Of a DNA stretch of 64,000 nucleotides, positions 1 through 10,345 are shown piece after piece (positions within the stretch are counted from its first letter, which is position 1; each line of letters opens with the position of its first letter). The translations under genes were made by a program, and so were the position numbers. The stretch is from an uncultured Acidobacteriota bacterium. Its GTDB lineage: Bacteria; Acidobacteriota; Thermoanaerobaculia; Multivoradales; UBA5704. The stretch spans positions 2,688,001 through 2,752,000 of the forward strand of contig CAVYRF010000002.1 in assembly GCA_963770895.1 (NCBI GenBank), read 5' to 3'. The notes under the pieces were generated by a model. The model made no database searches, had not been told where the DNA came from, and saw nothing but the letters and a program-made list of their open reading frames with translations.

Positions 1-404
<404 letters not shown>

Positions 405-1277
405 ATGGCGATCTGGGTGAACCGCGACACGCGCCTGGTGGTGCAGGGCATCACCGGCAAGGAAGGGCTGTTCCACGCCCTGGCCTGCCGCGACTACGGC
501 ACGCAGGTGGTGGCCGGGGTGACGCCGGGCAAGGGCGGCACCACGGTCGAAGGCATCGCGGTCTACGACTCGATGGCGGAAGCGCGCCAGGCCAGCGGCT
601 GCAACGCCTCGATGATCTTCGTGCCGCCGCCGTTCGCGGCCGACGCCATCATGGAGTCGGCGGCGGCGGGGGTTGAACTGACGGTGTGCATCACCGAAGG
701 CATTCCGGTGGCCGACATGCTGCGGGTCAAGGCGTTCCTGGCGGACCACCCGACGCGCCTGATCGGCCCCAACTGCCCCGGCCTGATCTCGCCGGGCATG
801 GCCAAGATCGGCATCATGCCGGGCCACATCCACCGCCAGGGCGGCGTCGGCGTCATCAGCCGCTCCGGCACCCTGACGTATGAAGCGGTCTGGCAGCTGA
901 CCAACCTGGGGCTGGGGCAGTCCACCTGCGTCGGCATCGGCGGCGACCCCATCAACGGCACCAACTTCATCGACGTGCTGGAGCGCTTCGCCGCCGACCC
1001 CGATACGGAAGGGATCGTGATGATCGGCGAGATCGGCGGCAGCGCCGAAGAAGAAGCGGCGGCCTGGATCGCCGACAACTACAAGCGGCCGGTGGTCGGC
1101 TTCATCGCCGGCCGCACCGCGCCGCCCGGCCGCCGCATGGGCCACGCCGGCGCCATCGTCGCCGGCGGCAAGGGCACGGCTGCCGAAAAGATGGAAGCCA
1201 TGCGCGCCGCGGGGCTGCACGTCGTCGAATCGCCGGCGCAGCTGGGTGAGACGATGGCGTGGGCGCTGGGACACTAG
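405..1277 (+). CDS. sucD: Succinyl-CoA synthetase alpha subunit
   Basis: [24 protein letters not shown] and RRMGHAGA (phospho-His) motifs. Confidence 0.98.
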   Translation: MAIWVNRDTRLVVQGITGKEGLFHALACRDYGTQVVAGVTPGKGGTTVEGIAVYDSMAEARQASGCNASMIFVPPPFAADAIMESAAAGVELTVCITEGIPVADMLRVKAFLADHPTRLIGPNCPGLISPGMAKIGIMPGHIHRQGGVGVISRSGTLTYEAVWQLTNLGLGQSTCVGIGGDPINGTNFIDVLERFAADPDTEGIVMIGEIGGSAEEEAAAWIADNYKRPVVGFIAGRTAPPGRRMGHAGAIVAGGKGTAAEKMEAMRAAGLHVVESPAQLGETMAWALGH

Positions 1278-1289
1278 GGGCCGCCCGGG

Positions 1290-1988
1290 GTGGCGGTCTT
1301 CGAGCGCCTCCCCGGCAAGGGGTGGCTGGCGCTTCTGGGCGGCGGCGAATTCAGCTTCGGCGAGACGCTGGAAGCGGACCGGGCCTGGCTCGCCAGGGTG
1401 CCGCAGGGGCCGGTCGGCTTCGTGCCGGCGGCGAGCGGCTCCAACGACTATCCGCGCCACTTCGCCGCCTATCTGCGGCAGAGCTTCGGACGCGAAGTCG
1501 AGACGCTGCCGATCTACCGCGGGCGCGACGGGCGGCGCGGCAGGAACGCCGAACGCATCCGCGACTGCGCGGCGGTGTACCTGGGCGGCGGTGTGACCGA
1601 TCACCTGATGGAAGCGCTGGCCGGGTCGCCGGCGCTGGATGCGCTGGGCGAGCGGCTGGCCGGCGGCGGCATGGTGGTGGCGATCGCGGCGGCCGCCCAG
1701 GCGGCGGGGGCGGTGGCGCGCAGCATCGCGCCCGGCCGCACCTTGCCGGGCTTCGGCTGGCTGCCGGCGGGAGCGGTCGAGCCCAATTTCGATCCGGGCC
1801 ACGACCGCCGCCTGCGCCGCCTGCTGGCGCAGCCCGGCGTGCGCTGGGGCCTGGGTCTGCCGGCCGGCTCGGCGGTGCTGCTGGGGCCGGATACGGTCCA
1901 GGTGGTGGGAACGGTGTTCCGGCTCGACGAGCCGGAGGGAGACCTGCAAGTGCTGGAAGGCGCGGGCGGGGATGAGATCAACTCTTGA
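1290..1988 (+). CDS. Peptidase S51/cyanophycinase-like protein, catalytic residues apparently absent
   Basis: LALLGGGEF N-terminus, FVPAAS and VYLGGG match the S51 fold; GxSAG is replaced by AIAAAA. Confidence 0.7.
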   Translation: MAVFERLPGKGWLALLGGGEFSFGETLEADRAWLARVPQGPVGFVPAASGSNDYPRHFAAYLRQSFGREVETLPIYRGRDGRRGRNAERIRDCAAVYLGGGVTDHLMEALAGSPALDALGERLAGGGMVVAIAAAAQAAGAVARSIAPGRTLPGFGWLPAGAVEPNFDPGHDRRLRRLLAQPGVRWGLGLPAGSAVLLGPDTVQVVGTVFRLDEPEGDLQVLEGAGGDEINS

Positions 1989-2004
1989 AGCAGGGGAGCA
2001 TGCG

Positions 2005-2427
2005 ATGGAAACGACATTGGCGATTCTCAAGCCGGACAGCGTCGCTGCCGGCCATGCGGGCAGGATCGTTGCCCATTTGCAGGAAGCCGGCTTCACCGTG
2101 CGCGGCGTGCGCATGCTGCGGCTGAGCCAGGAGCAGGCGCAGGCGTTCTACGAGGTGCACAAGGAGCGGCCGTTCTACGGCAGCCTGGTGGAATTCATGA
2201 CCAGCGGCCCGGTGATGCCGCTGGCGCTGGAGCGCGACAACGCGGTGGCGCACCTGCGCGAAGTGATGGGGGCGACCGACGTGGCCAAGGCCGCCCCCGG
2301 CACGGTGCGGGCGCTGTTCGGCACCTCGATCGAGCGCAACGCCATCCACGGCAGCGATTCGGCGGCCAACGCCGCCGCCGAGCTGGCCTTCTTTTTCTCG
2401 CGCGCCGAGCTGCTCGCGGCGCGCTGA
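2005..2427 (+). CDS. ndk: Nucleoside diphosphate kinase
   Basis: TLAILKPD, FYEVHKERPFY and NAIHGSDS motifs; ATG at 2005 after a GGGGAG SD. Confidence 0.97.
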   Translation: METTLAILKPDSVAAGHAGRIVAHLQEAGFTVRGVRMLRLSQEQAQAFYEVHKERPFYGSLVEFMTSGPVMPLALERDNAVAHLREVMGATDVAKAAPGTVRALFGTSIERNAIHGSDSAANAAAELAFFFSRAELLAAR

Positions 2428-2441
2428 CCGCAGGAGGAGTC

Positions 2442-2828
2442 ATGGTCTACCGACTGCCACCGGCCGGCCCCGCCAGCCAGATCCCGCCCGAGCGGCGAGG
2501 CGCGGTGATGGGGCGTTTCTGCCTGATCTGCGCCGCGGTGTACCCGCTGCACCGCGCCGTCCACGCGGGCCAGCCGGTCTACGGCCGCGACCATATCGCC
2601 TCGCCGTGCGCCCACGAAGGCGACACCTTCACCCCCGGCGCCAGCTGGTGGGAGCCGGCGGTGGAGGTGCTGCCGGCGCCCCCCGCGCCGCCCAAGGACG
2701 CCACCCCGCCGGCCCCGCTGGTCGGCGCTCCGGGGCCGGCCGGCCCGACGGCTCCCGCCGGCGCGGCACCGGCGCCGAAGCTGGGCGCGCCGCCCCCGGC
2801 GGCGGGCGGCGGCGCGGCCAAGGGGTAG
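2442..2828 (+). CDS. Hypothetical protein with CxxC and His/Cys residues and a Pro/Ala-rich tail
   Basis: Strong SD (AGGAGGAG), GC3-biased codons, operonic position. Confidence 0.6.
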   Translation: MVYRLPPAGPASQIPPERRGAVMGRFCLICAAVYPLHRAVHAGQPVYGRDHIASPCAHEGDTFTPGASWWEPAVEVLPAPPAPPKDATPPAPLVGAPGPAGPTAPAGAAPAPKLGAPPPAAGGGAAKG

Positions 2829-2891
2829 CCGCCCCTGCCGCCGCGCCGCGCACCCGGTTTCACCTGGGAGGCGCTCGACGGGCACCTGGCG

Positions 2892-3470
2892 GTGGTGCGC
2901 GCCTGCCGCCTCTGCCCGCGCGTCGAGCCTTCGCCGGTCGCCTGGCGGCCCGAGGTGGCGCCGCGCATGCTGCTGCTGGGCCAGGCCCCCGGTCCGCGCG
3001 AGGCGGGGCGCGGCCGCCCTTTTGCCCACACCGCCGGCACGCGGCTGTTTTCGTGGTTCGCCCGGTTGGGTGCCCCGGAAGCGGAGTTTCGCCGCCGCGT
3101 CTACATGGCGGCGGTCCTGCGCTGCTTTCCCGGCCGCGCGCCGGCCGGCGGCGACCGGGTGCCCGCTCCCGACGAGATCGCCCACTGCGCGCCGCACCTG
3201 GAAGCCGAGCTGCGGCTGATCCGGCCGTGGACGGTCATCGCCGTCGGCCAGCTGGCGATCAGCCGCTTCCTGCCGGCGCCGGCGCCGCTTGCCGAGCGCA
3301 TCGGCCGCGTCTTTGCCGTCACCCACGCCGGGGTGCGCTTCGACCTGGTGCCGCTGCCGCACCCTTCGGGACGCAGCACCTGGCTGGTGCAGCCCGAAAA
3401 TCAGGCTCGCCTGGACCTTGCCCTGGCCGCCCTGGCCGCGACGCGCGGCTGGCGCCAGACCTTTCCTTAA
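2892..3470 (+). CDS. Uracil-DNA glycosylase superfamily protein (family 4/5-like); true start may be upstream (~2835)
   Basis: CRLC, GQAPG, RCFPG and PLPHPSG motifs. Confidence 0.85.
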   Translation: MVRACRLCPRVEPSPVAWRPEVAPRMLLLGQAPGPREAGRGRPFAHTAGTRLFSWFARLGAPEAEFRRRVYMAAVLRCFPGRAPAGGDRVPAPDEIAHCAPHLEAELRLIRPWTVIAVGQLAISRFLPAPAPLAERIGRVFAVTHAGVRFDLVPLPHPSGRSTWLVQPENQARLDLALAALAATRGWRQTFP

Positions 3471-3473
3471 TCT

Positions 3474-4466
3474 TCAGGGGCGGCGGGCCAGGGCCAGGCC
3501 GAACAGGCCTTCGGGGTCGGTGAACCAGCCGGCCGGCTCGAAGCCGGCGGCGGTGAGCAGCGCTTCGGCGCTGGCGCGGTCGTACTTGGCGCTGATCTCG
3601 GTGCGGATCTCTTCGCCGGGGGCGAGGGTGAATTCCAGGCTGAGGCCCGGCAGGTAGACCTTTTGCGCGCACAGCGAGCGCAGGCGCATTTCGATCCAGC
3701 GGTGCCGGGTGTCGAAGAAGGCGTCGTGGGCGAAGGCGGACGGGTCGAAGTCGCCGCCGGCCAGGCGGTTGACGACGCGCAGGATGTTGCGGTTGAACTC
3801 GGCGGTGATGCCGGCGGCGTCGTTGTACGCCGCCTCCAGGCGCGCCACCGGCTTGATCAGGTCGACGCCCAGCAGGAAGTGATCGCCGGGCGCCATCTCG
3901 TGGTGGCGGCGGCGCAAGAAGGCCTGCGCGTCGGCCGGCTGCAGGTTGCCGATGGTGCCGCCCAGGAAGATGACCAGGCGCCCGCCGAGGCCGCTGGTGG
4001 CGGGCAGCGGCGACAGGTCGGTATTGAAATCGGCGACCAGGGCGTGCACGGCAAGGTCGGGATATTCGCCCACCAGCTCTTCGGCGATGCGGTGCACGGT
4101 GCCGGCGGCGAAATCGATCGGCACGTACAGGCGCAGGGTGCCGGCGTGCTGCATGGCGTCGAGCAGCACGCGCGTCTTGGTGGCGGCGCCCGAGCCGATC
4201 TCCACCAGCTGCTCGGCGCGCGACAGGTCGGCCACCAGGGGGGCGATCTGGCGCAGCAGGGCATGCTCGGTGCGCGTCTGGTAGTACTCGGGCTGCTCGC
4301 AGATCGTTTCGAACAGGTGCGAGCCGCGATCGTCGTAGAAGAAGCGCGACGGAATCTCGCGCGGCGATCTTTCCAGCGCGGCGCGCAGATCTTCGCGGTC
4401 GCCCGCCGCCTGTTCGTCGCGATTGTGGACGGTGACCAGGATCCGTTCGGATGTCGCGATCGCCAT
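3474..4466 (-). CDS. egtD: L-histidine N-alpha-methyltransferase (EgtD family)
   Basis: FFYDDRGSHLFE, PEYYQTRTE, EIGSG, FLGGTIGN, AAYND and EISAKY motifs. Confidence 0.92.
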   Translation of the reverse strand: MAIATSERILVTVHNRDEQAAGDREDLRAALERSPREIPSRFFYDDRGSHLFETICEQPEYYQTRTEHALLRQIAPLVADLSRAEQLVEIGSGAATKTRVLLDAMQHAGTLRLYVPIDFAAGTVHRIAEELVGEYPDLAVHALVADFNTDLSPLPATSGLGGRLVIFLGGTIGNLQPADAQAFLRRRHHEMAPGDHFLLGVDLIKPVARLEAAYNDAAGITAEFNRNILRVVNRLAGGDFDPSAFAHDAFFDTRHRWIEMRLRSLCAQKVYLPGLSLEFTLAPGEEIRTEISAKYDRASAEALLTAAGFEPAGWFTDPEGLFGLALARRP

Positions 4467-4671
4467 GGCTTCCGACCCTCCCTTGCGCGCTGTGGTTGCC
4501 GGCGAGCCATGGCCCGGCCGGAGTACACGGTTACAACGCCTCTTTTACGCCCAGACTTCCCGGTTCGGATTCTTTGTCACCGTCGTGTTGCAGTGCCGCC
4601 GCTGCATGCCGCTCGCAACCGGCGTGCCACCGCGATCTGGTCCGCCGCGCCGCGCCACAAACCTCCCACGA

Positions 4672-6474
4672 TCAGGCCGGTGTCGCGTCGCCCCGGCCGC
4701 TGACGGCGTCGCCGTTGGCGCCAACGCCAGCGTCGGTGCCGGGGCCGGTCGGCGGCGCCAGGCCGGCGGGCCGCACCGCGCGTTCGACGGCGGCCAGCCC
4801 CAGGTCCACCAGCAAAGCCAATAGCGCCGCCGGGATCGCCCCTGAAAGGATCATGCCGGTGTCGGCCAGCTGCAGCCCGGTGACGATCGGCTCGCCCAGG
4901 CCGCCGGCGCCGATGAAGGCGGCCAGGGTCGCCGTCCCGACGGTGATCACCGCGGCGGTGCGCACGCCGGCCATCAGCACCGGCGCGGCGAGCGGCAGGC
5001 GCACCAGGCGCAGCACCTGCCCCGGCGTCATGCCCAGGGCGGTCGCCGCTTCGACCGCCTTGGGGTCGGCGTCGCGGACTCCCGTGTAGGTATTGCGCAC
5101 GATCGGGAACAGCGAGTACAGCCAGAGCGCCGCCACCGCCGGCGGCGCGCCGATCCCCAGCAGCGGGATCATGAAGGCCAGCAGCGCCAGCGACGGCACG
5201 GTCTGCAGCAGCCCGAGCAGGCCGATGACCGGTTCGGCGGCGTGCCGGTGCCGCTCCAGGTAGAGGCCCAGCGGCACCGCCAGCAGCGTGCCGAGGAGCA
5301 ACGCGATGCCGCAGAGCGCCAGGTGGGTCAGCACCCGCCGCCCGAAGACGCCGCGCTCGCGCCACAGCCGGCGCAGGCCGGCGGCCAGCTCGCCGCCGCG
5401 CCCGCCCGCCGCGGCGGCGCCGGGGCTGCCGGTGGCGGCGGTGGGATTGCCGGGGCGGCGCGGGGCGCCCGTCGCCGGCCGGCCGTCGTCGCCGGACCCT
5501 TCGCCGGCGGGGCGCGGCACCAGGCCGAGTGTCGCCAGGGCGTCGCGCGCCACCACCGCCTCGTCCTCATTGCCCTCCTGCAGGCGCAGGTTGAGGCGGC
5601 GCATCGCCGCTTCGTCCAAGGCGCCGCCCAGAAGCGACAGGGCGGCACCCAGCTCGGGGTGGGCGGCCAGAGCCGCGCCGCGTACCAGCGGCGCCGCCTC
5701 GTAGGGCGGGAAGAAGCCGCGGTCGTCGCGCAGCACGGTCAGGTGGTACAGGTCCAGGCGCGCGTCGGTCGTGTAGACGTCGAGCACCTGGATGGCACGC
5801 CGCCCCACCGCCTGGTACTTGAGCGTCTCCTGCATCGCCTGCACCGATTGGAAGTGCATGCCGTAGGCGCGCGCCAGCCCCGGCAGGCCGTCGGGGCGCG
5901 CCAGGAACTCGTGGCCGAAGCTGGCCGGCAGGCGCGGCGCGACGCGCGCCAGGTCGGACAGCGTCGCCAGGTGGTCGCGCGCCGCGAGCTCGTCCGGCAC
6001 CGCGATCTGGTAGGCGTTCTGAAAGCCCAGCGGCGCTCCCCACCAGAGGTCCCAGCGCGCCAGGAACTCCGCCCGCACGCGATCGAGCGTGGCGCTGGGG
6101 GCGCCGGCGGGCGGCGCTTCGCCCAGGATGGAGACCAGGCCGGTGCCGGTATATTCGGGATAGACGTCGATGGCGCCGCGCTTGATCGCCTCGAAGCAGA
6201 CCTGAGTCCCGGCCAACCCCAGCCGGCGCTCCACGGACAGGCCGGTGCGCGCCTCGATCAGCTGCGCGAACATCTCGCCCAGCAGGCGGCTTTCTTCGAA
6301 ATTCTTGGAACCGACCACCACGGTGCCGTGGCGGCCGCCGCCCAGGCGCGTGGCGGTCTGCGCCGTTGCCGGGGTCGTCGCCGGGTGCGCCGGCGACGGC
6401 GCCGCGGCCGCCAGGGCCAGCGCCAGCGCGACCCACGGCCGGCGGCGGAGCGACGATGGCGAGCGCCTGGGCAT
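4672..6474 (-). CDS. Glycine betaine/ergothioneine-type ABC importer, substrate-binding domain fused to permease (OpuBC/OsmX/EgtU-like)
   Basis: VGSKNFEES, YPEYTGT, EFLARPDG and DDRGFFPPY in the binding domain; C-terminal permease with EAATALGMT loop. Confidence 0.9.
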   Translation of the reverse strand: MPRRSPSSLRRRPWVALALALAAAAPSPAHPATTPATAQTATRLGGGRHGTVVVGSKNFEESRLLGEMFAQLIEARTGLSVERRLGLAGTQVCFEAIKRGAIDVYPEYTGTGLVSILGEAPPAGAPSATLDRVRAEFLARWDLWWGAPLGFQNAYQIAVPDELAARDHLATLSDLARVAPRLPASFGHEFLARPDGLPGLARAYGMHFQSVQAMQETLKYQAVGRRAIQVLDVYTTDARLDLYHLTVLRDDRGFFPPYEAAPLVRGAALAAHPELGAALSLLGGALDEAAMRRLNLRLQEGNEDEAVVARDALATLGLVPRPAGEGSGDDGRPATGAPRRPGNPTAATGSPGAAAAGGRGGELAAGLRRLWRERGVFGRRVLTHLALCGIALLLGTLLAVPLGLYLERHRHAAEPVIGLLGLLQTVPSLALLAFMIPLLGIGAPPAVAALWLYSLFPIVRNTYTGVRDADPKAVEAATALGMTPGQVLRLVRLPLAAPVLMAGVRTAAVITVGTATLAAFIGAGGLGEPIVTGLQLADTGMILSGAIPAALLALLVDLGLAAVERAVRPAGLAPPTGPGTDAGVGANGDAVSGRGDATPA

Positions 6475-6531
6475 GGGTGGCGGCGGCGGGCAGGGGCGGC
6501 GTGACGGGGGCGGTGGCCGGCGCGGTGGCGA

Positions 6532-7299
6532 TCAGGCGACGGGCGGCGCGCCGGTGCGCAGGGCCAGCAGCTCGCGCACGTAGTCGGTCGCGGGCGCCGC
6601 CACCAGGTCCGCGGGGCGGCCGAGCTGCAAGAGCGTCCCCTGCCGCATGACGCCGATGCGGTCGGCCAGGCGGAACGCTTCGCCCAGGTCGTGGGTGACC
6701 AGCACCGTCGTCTTGCCCAGGCGGCGCTTGAGGTCGAGGAACTGGCGGTGCAGCTCCAGGCGGGTGAGCGCGTCCAGCGCGCCGAACGGCTCGTCGAGCA
6801 GCACGACGGGCGGGTCCGCGGCCAGGGCGCGCGCAAAGGCGACGCGCTGGCGCTGGCCGCCCGACAGCTCGGCCGGGTAGCGCCGGGCATGGCGCTCCGG
6901 ATCCAGGCCCACCAGCTCCAGCATCGCCCGCGCCCGCGCCGCGCGGCGCGCCGGCTCCCAGCCGAGCAGGCGCGGCACCAGCTCGACGTTGCGCCCCACC
7001 CGCCAGTGCGGCAGCAGGCCCCCGTCCTGCGGCACGTAGCCGATGCTCCGGCGCAGCGCGATCGGGTCGAGGGCGCCGACCGGCCGTCCGTCCAGGCGCG
7101 CCTCGCCGGTCGTCGGCTCCACCATGCGGTTCCACATGCGCAGCAGAGTGGTCTTGCCGCTGCCGCTTTCGCCCACCAGCGCCAGCGTCTCGCCCGCGGC
7201 GACGGACAGGCTCACCGGCGTCAGCGCGCGCGTGCCGTCGCGCCAGGTCTTGGTGACGGCGACGGCTTCCAGCGCGGCGACCACGGCAGGGGATGGCAC
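6532..7299 (-). CDS. ABC transporter ATP-binding subunit (OpuA/ProV-like)
   Basis: GESGSGKT, LSGGQRQR and LLDEPFGALD motifs. Confidence 0.93.
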   Translation of the reverse strand: MPSPAVVAALEAVAVTKTWRDGTRALTPVSLSVAAGETLALVGESGSGKTTLLRMWNRMVEPTTGEARLDGRPVGALDPIALRRSIGYVPQDGGLLPHWRVGRNVELVPRLLGWEPARRAARARAMLELVGLDPERHARRYPAELSGGQRQRVAFARALAADPPVVLLDEPFGALDALTRLELHRQFLDLKRRLGKTTVLVTHDLGEAFRLADRIGVMRQGTLLQLGRPADLVAAPATDYVRELLALRTGAPPVA

Positions 7300-7337
7300 G
7301 GTGGGGGGCTGCCGTTACGGGGGAGGCCGGCGGGAGA

Positions 7338-8678
7338 CTAGAGCAGGCGGGTGACGATGTCCACGTGGGAGGTCAGGGTGCGGTGCACCGGGCAGCGGTC
7401 GGCGATCTCGTGCAGGCGGATGCGCTGCTGTTCGGTCAGCGGGCCGCGCAGCTCCAGGTCGCGCTCGATGCGCTCCAGCCTGGCGTCCGCGCCGGTCGCC
7501 GCTTCGCACCGCTCGCAGTCGGCGGCGTGCACGCGGCTGTGGCGCAGCCGCACCCGGACGCCGGCGAGCGGGATCTTCTTGCGATCGGCGTACAGCCGCA
7601 GGGTCATCGAGGTGCAGGCCCCGAGCGCGGCCAGCAGCAGGCCGTAGGGCGTCGGCCCGGCGTCGTTGCCGCCCTGGGCGACCGGCTCGTCGGCGACCAG
7701 GGTGTGGGTGCCGGCCGTGACGTCCTGGCGCAACGCGCCGGGCTCACCGGTCACCTCGACCTCGCCGGGCGGCAGCGGCGGGTGCTCGGGTTGGCCTGCC
7801 GCGGCCTCCGGCGGCCGCGCCGCCGCCTGCTGCGGGCGGGCCGGCAGGTAGCGCTCGGCCCAGGTTGCCAGGACGGCGCCGGCCTGGGCGGCGTCGCGGG
7901 GGTCGCTCAGCAGGTGGTCGGCGGCGCCGAGCGAAACGAAGCTCTTGGGGTGGCGCGCCGCCAGGAACAGGCGCTCGGCATGCTCGATCCCCACCACCCG
8001 GTCGAGCGGCGAATGGAAGATCAGCAGCGGCCTGCCCAGCTGTGCCGCGGCGCCGTGCAGGTGGTCCGCCGCCAGGTCGTCGAGCAGCTGGCGGCGGATG
8101 CGCACCGGCCGCTCGCCGCCCAGGTCCAGCTCGACGCCCTCGGCCGCGCCAGAGCCGGGAGCCCGTGGCTGCGACGGATCGGCCAGGTTTGCCGGATCGG
8201 CCAGGTTTGCCGGGTCGGCCGGGTCCGGCGCCGCTCCCAGGCGCGCCGCCAGCTTGTGGTGCAGGTGGGCGGTGTCGCTGGGGGCGGCGATGGTGGCGAC
8301 CGCCACGGCCTCGGGCACGTGACGGGCGGCGGCCAGCACCGCCGTGCCTCCCAGGCTGTGGCCGACCAGCAGCGCCGGCGGCAGCCCGCGCCGGCGCAGA
8401 AATTCCGCCGCGGCGACGATGTCCTGCACGTTGGACGAAAAATTGGACGCCGAAAAGTCGCCGCCGCTTTCGCCGATGCCGGTGAAGTCGAAGCGCAGCA
8501 CCGCGATGCCGCGCGAAGTCAGCTCGTGGCAGATCAGGCCCGCGGCGCGCAGATCCTTCGAGCAGGTGAAGCAGTGGGCCAGCAGGGCGCACGCGGCCGG
8601 CCTGTCCTCGGGGCTTTCCAGGCGGCCCACCAGGGTCGCCCCTTGCGAGCCCGCAAAGCTGACGTGCTCACGGATCAC
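7338..8678 (-). CDS. Bifunctional alpha/beta hydrolase-OsmC family protein
   Basis: [15 protein letters not shown] and HPKSFVSL, then an OsmC domain (ADEP, GACT, CPVHRTL); probable GTG start at 8678. Confidence 0.9.
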   Translation of the reverse strand: MIREHVSFAGSQGATLVGRLESPEDRPAACALLAHCFTCSKDLRAAGLICHELTSRGIAVLRFDFTGIGESGGDFSASNFSSNVQDIVAAAEFLRRRGLPPALLVGHSLGGTAVLAAARHVPEAVAVATIAAPSDTAHLHHKLAARLGAAPDPADPANLADPANLADPSQPRAPGSGAAEGVELDLGGERPVRIRRQLLDDLAADHLHGAAAQLGRPLLIFHSPLDRVVGIEHAERLFLAARHPKSFVSLGAADHLLSDPRDAAQAGAVLATWAERYLPARPQQAAARPPEAAAGQPEHPPLPPGEVEVTGEPGALRQDVTAGTHTLVADEPVAQGGNDAGPTPYGLLLAALGACTSMTLRLYADRKKIPLAGVRVRLRHSRVHAADCERCEAATGADARLERIERDLELRGPLTEQQRIRLHEIADRCPVHRTLTSHVDIVTRLL

Positions 8679-8864
8679 CAATGCATCGTAACACCCGTCG
8701 CCGGCCGGGGAGGGCAGACGACAACCTGCAGGATCGATCAGACCTCCGCAGGCTGCAACGCCGTCCACGAGGCAGGACACGCCACCGTCCCCAGCTGCCG
8801 CCAGGCCCCCTGGCTTGGGTGACTATGTATTTTGATTCAGATACTTACGTCATGATCGGGTCAT

Positions 8865-8879
8865 TGGCACGGTTCTTGG
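8865..8879 (+). promoter_or_regulatory. Candidate sigma54 (-24/-12) promoter
   Basis: TGGCAC-GGTTC-TTGG versus consensus TGGCAC-N5-TTGC; AT-rich IHF-like tract at 8824-8848; predicted +1 at 8891 is the first base of a hairpin. Confidence 0.55.
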
Positions 8880-8890
8880 AATCTACTCTT

Positions 8891-9000
8891 GTCGACGGCG
8901 GAAGTGGTCGAGCGGCTTCCGTCGACGAAGGAACGGACAAGGCTCCTCTCCCAAGCGCCGAGGCAGGTCTCAACCCTCCGCCTGCCTCGGCCTCTTTTTT
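8891..9000 (+). ncRNA. Candidate sigma54-dependent small RNA
   Basis: 5' stem GTCGACGG/CCGTCGAC, C-rich linker CTCCTCTCCC, terminator stem followed by T-tract, no credible ORF. Confidence 0.5.
8957..9000 (+). terminator. Intrinsic terminator
   Basis: 11-bp stem GCCGAGGCAGG/CCTGCCTCGGC followed by CTCTTTTTT. Confidence 0.75.
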
Positions 9001-9007
9001 CTCCCCG

Positions 9008-9013
9008 TATAAT
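9008..9013 (+). promoter_or_regulatory. sigma70 -10 element for pcnB (likely leaderless mRNA)
   Basis: Perfect TATAAT 7 nt before GTG at 9021, no SD. Confidence 0.5.
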
Positions 9014-9020
9014 TGTCGCC

Positions 9021-10319
9021 GTGAGTGAAGAGGCCGAGCTACCGCCACGGATCGTGCCGCGGTCCGAACATCCGATCTCGCGCGGTGACATCGACAAGAA
9101 CGCGGTCAAGGTTCTCTATCGTCTCCACCGCGCGGGCTACCTTGCATACCTGGTCGGCGGCGGCGTGCGCGACCTGATGCTGGGCCGCAAGCCGAAGGAC
9201 TTCGACGTCGGCACCGACGCCCGCCCCAACGAGCTGCGCCGCCTGTTCGGCAACAGCCGCATCATCGGCCGCCGCTTCCGCCTGGTGCACGTCTACTTTC
9301 AGGACGGCGACGTGGTGGACGTGTCGACCTTCCGCCGCGATCCGCAGCCCGAGGAGCAGGCGGCGGCGCCGGGCGAGCTGCTGATCACCAGCGACAACTC
9401 CTACGGCACGCCGCGCCAGGACGCCTTCCGCCGCGACTTCACCATCAACGCCCTGTTTTACAGCATCGCCGACTACACGGTGATCGACTACACCGGCGGC
9501 ATCGAAGATCTGCGCAACCAGCTGGTGCGCGCCATCGGCGATCCCGACGTGCGCTTCCGCGAGGACCCGGTGCGCATGCTGCGCGCCTGCGAGTTCGCCG
9601 GCCGGCTCGGCTTCGGCATCGAGGTGCGCACCCAGGAGGCGATCCACCGCCACCGCAAGGACCTCGAAAAGGCCTCCCCGGCACGCGTCACCGAGGAGAT
9701 CGTGCAGCTGCTGCGCTGCGGCCATGCCGGCGCCGCCATGCAATGGATGCTGGAGCTGGGCTTGCTGGAGGCGCTGCTGCCCGAGGTCTACGCCATGGTG
9801 GCCGCCGGCCAGCGCGGCCTGGGCGACTTCGGCCAGGTGCTGCCGGTGATCGACCGCCTGGTCGTCGGCGGCCGCGAGCTGGCGGACACCGCGCTGCTCG
9901 CCGCCCTGCTGCTGCCCAGCGTCATGCTGCGGCGCGACGACCTGGAAGCCGCCAAACGGCGGCCGATGAGCCGCGCCGCGGTCGAGCAGCTGGTCGACGA
10001 CCAGACGACGCCCTTCCTCACCCGCTTCACCCTGTCCAACCTGAAGGCGCAGCAGATCCGCCAGGCGCTGGTGGGGTTTTTCCGCCTGTGCGAGCCGCGC
10101 TGGAGCCTGCCGGAGCGGGTGCGGTTCACCCGCAAGCCCTACTTTGACGACGCGCTGCTGCTGTTCGAGCTGCTGGTGCTGGCGACGGGCGAAGGCGGCG
10201 AGGCCTACGCGGAATGGCGCGAAGCGGCGCGCCGCCGCACGCCGCAGGCGACCGAAGCGGCGGTGCCGCCGCGGCCGCGGGTGCGCCGCCGCCGGCGCCG
10301 CCGCGGGCAGGGCGCCTGA
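9021..10319 (+). CDS. pcnB: Poly(A) polymerase I
   Basis: [24 protein letters not shown] (PAP signature), RRDFTINAL and EDPVRMLRA motifs; Arg-rich tail. Confidence 0.92.
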   Translation: MSEEAELPPRIVPRSEHPISRGDIDKNAVKVLYRLHRAGYLAYLVGGGVRDLMLGRKPKDFDVGTDARPNELRRLFGNSRIIGRRFRLVHVYFQDGDVVDVSTFRRDPQPEEQAAAPGELLITSDNSYGTPRQDAFRRDFTINALFYSIADYTVIDYTGGIEDLRNQLVRAIGDPDVRFREDPVRMLRACEFAGRLGFGIEVRTQEAIHRHRKDLEKASPARVTEEIVQLLRCGHAGAAMQWMLELGLLEALLPEVYAMVAAGQRGLGDFGQVLPVIDRLVVGGRELADTALLAALLLPSVMLRRDDLEAAKRRPMSRAAVEQLVDDQTTPFLTRFTLSNLKAQQIRQALVGFFRLCEPRWSLPERVRFTRKPYFDDALLLFELLVLATGEGGEAYAEWREAARRRTPQATEAAVPPRPRVRRRRRRRGQGA

Positions 10320-10345
10320 GGGCGGATCGCCCGGAGAGGACGCGC

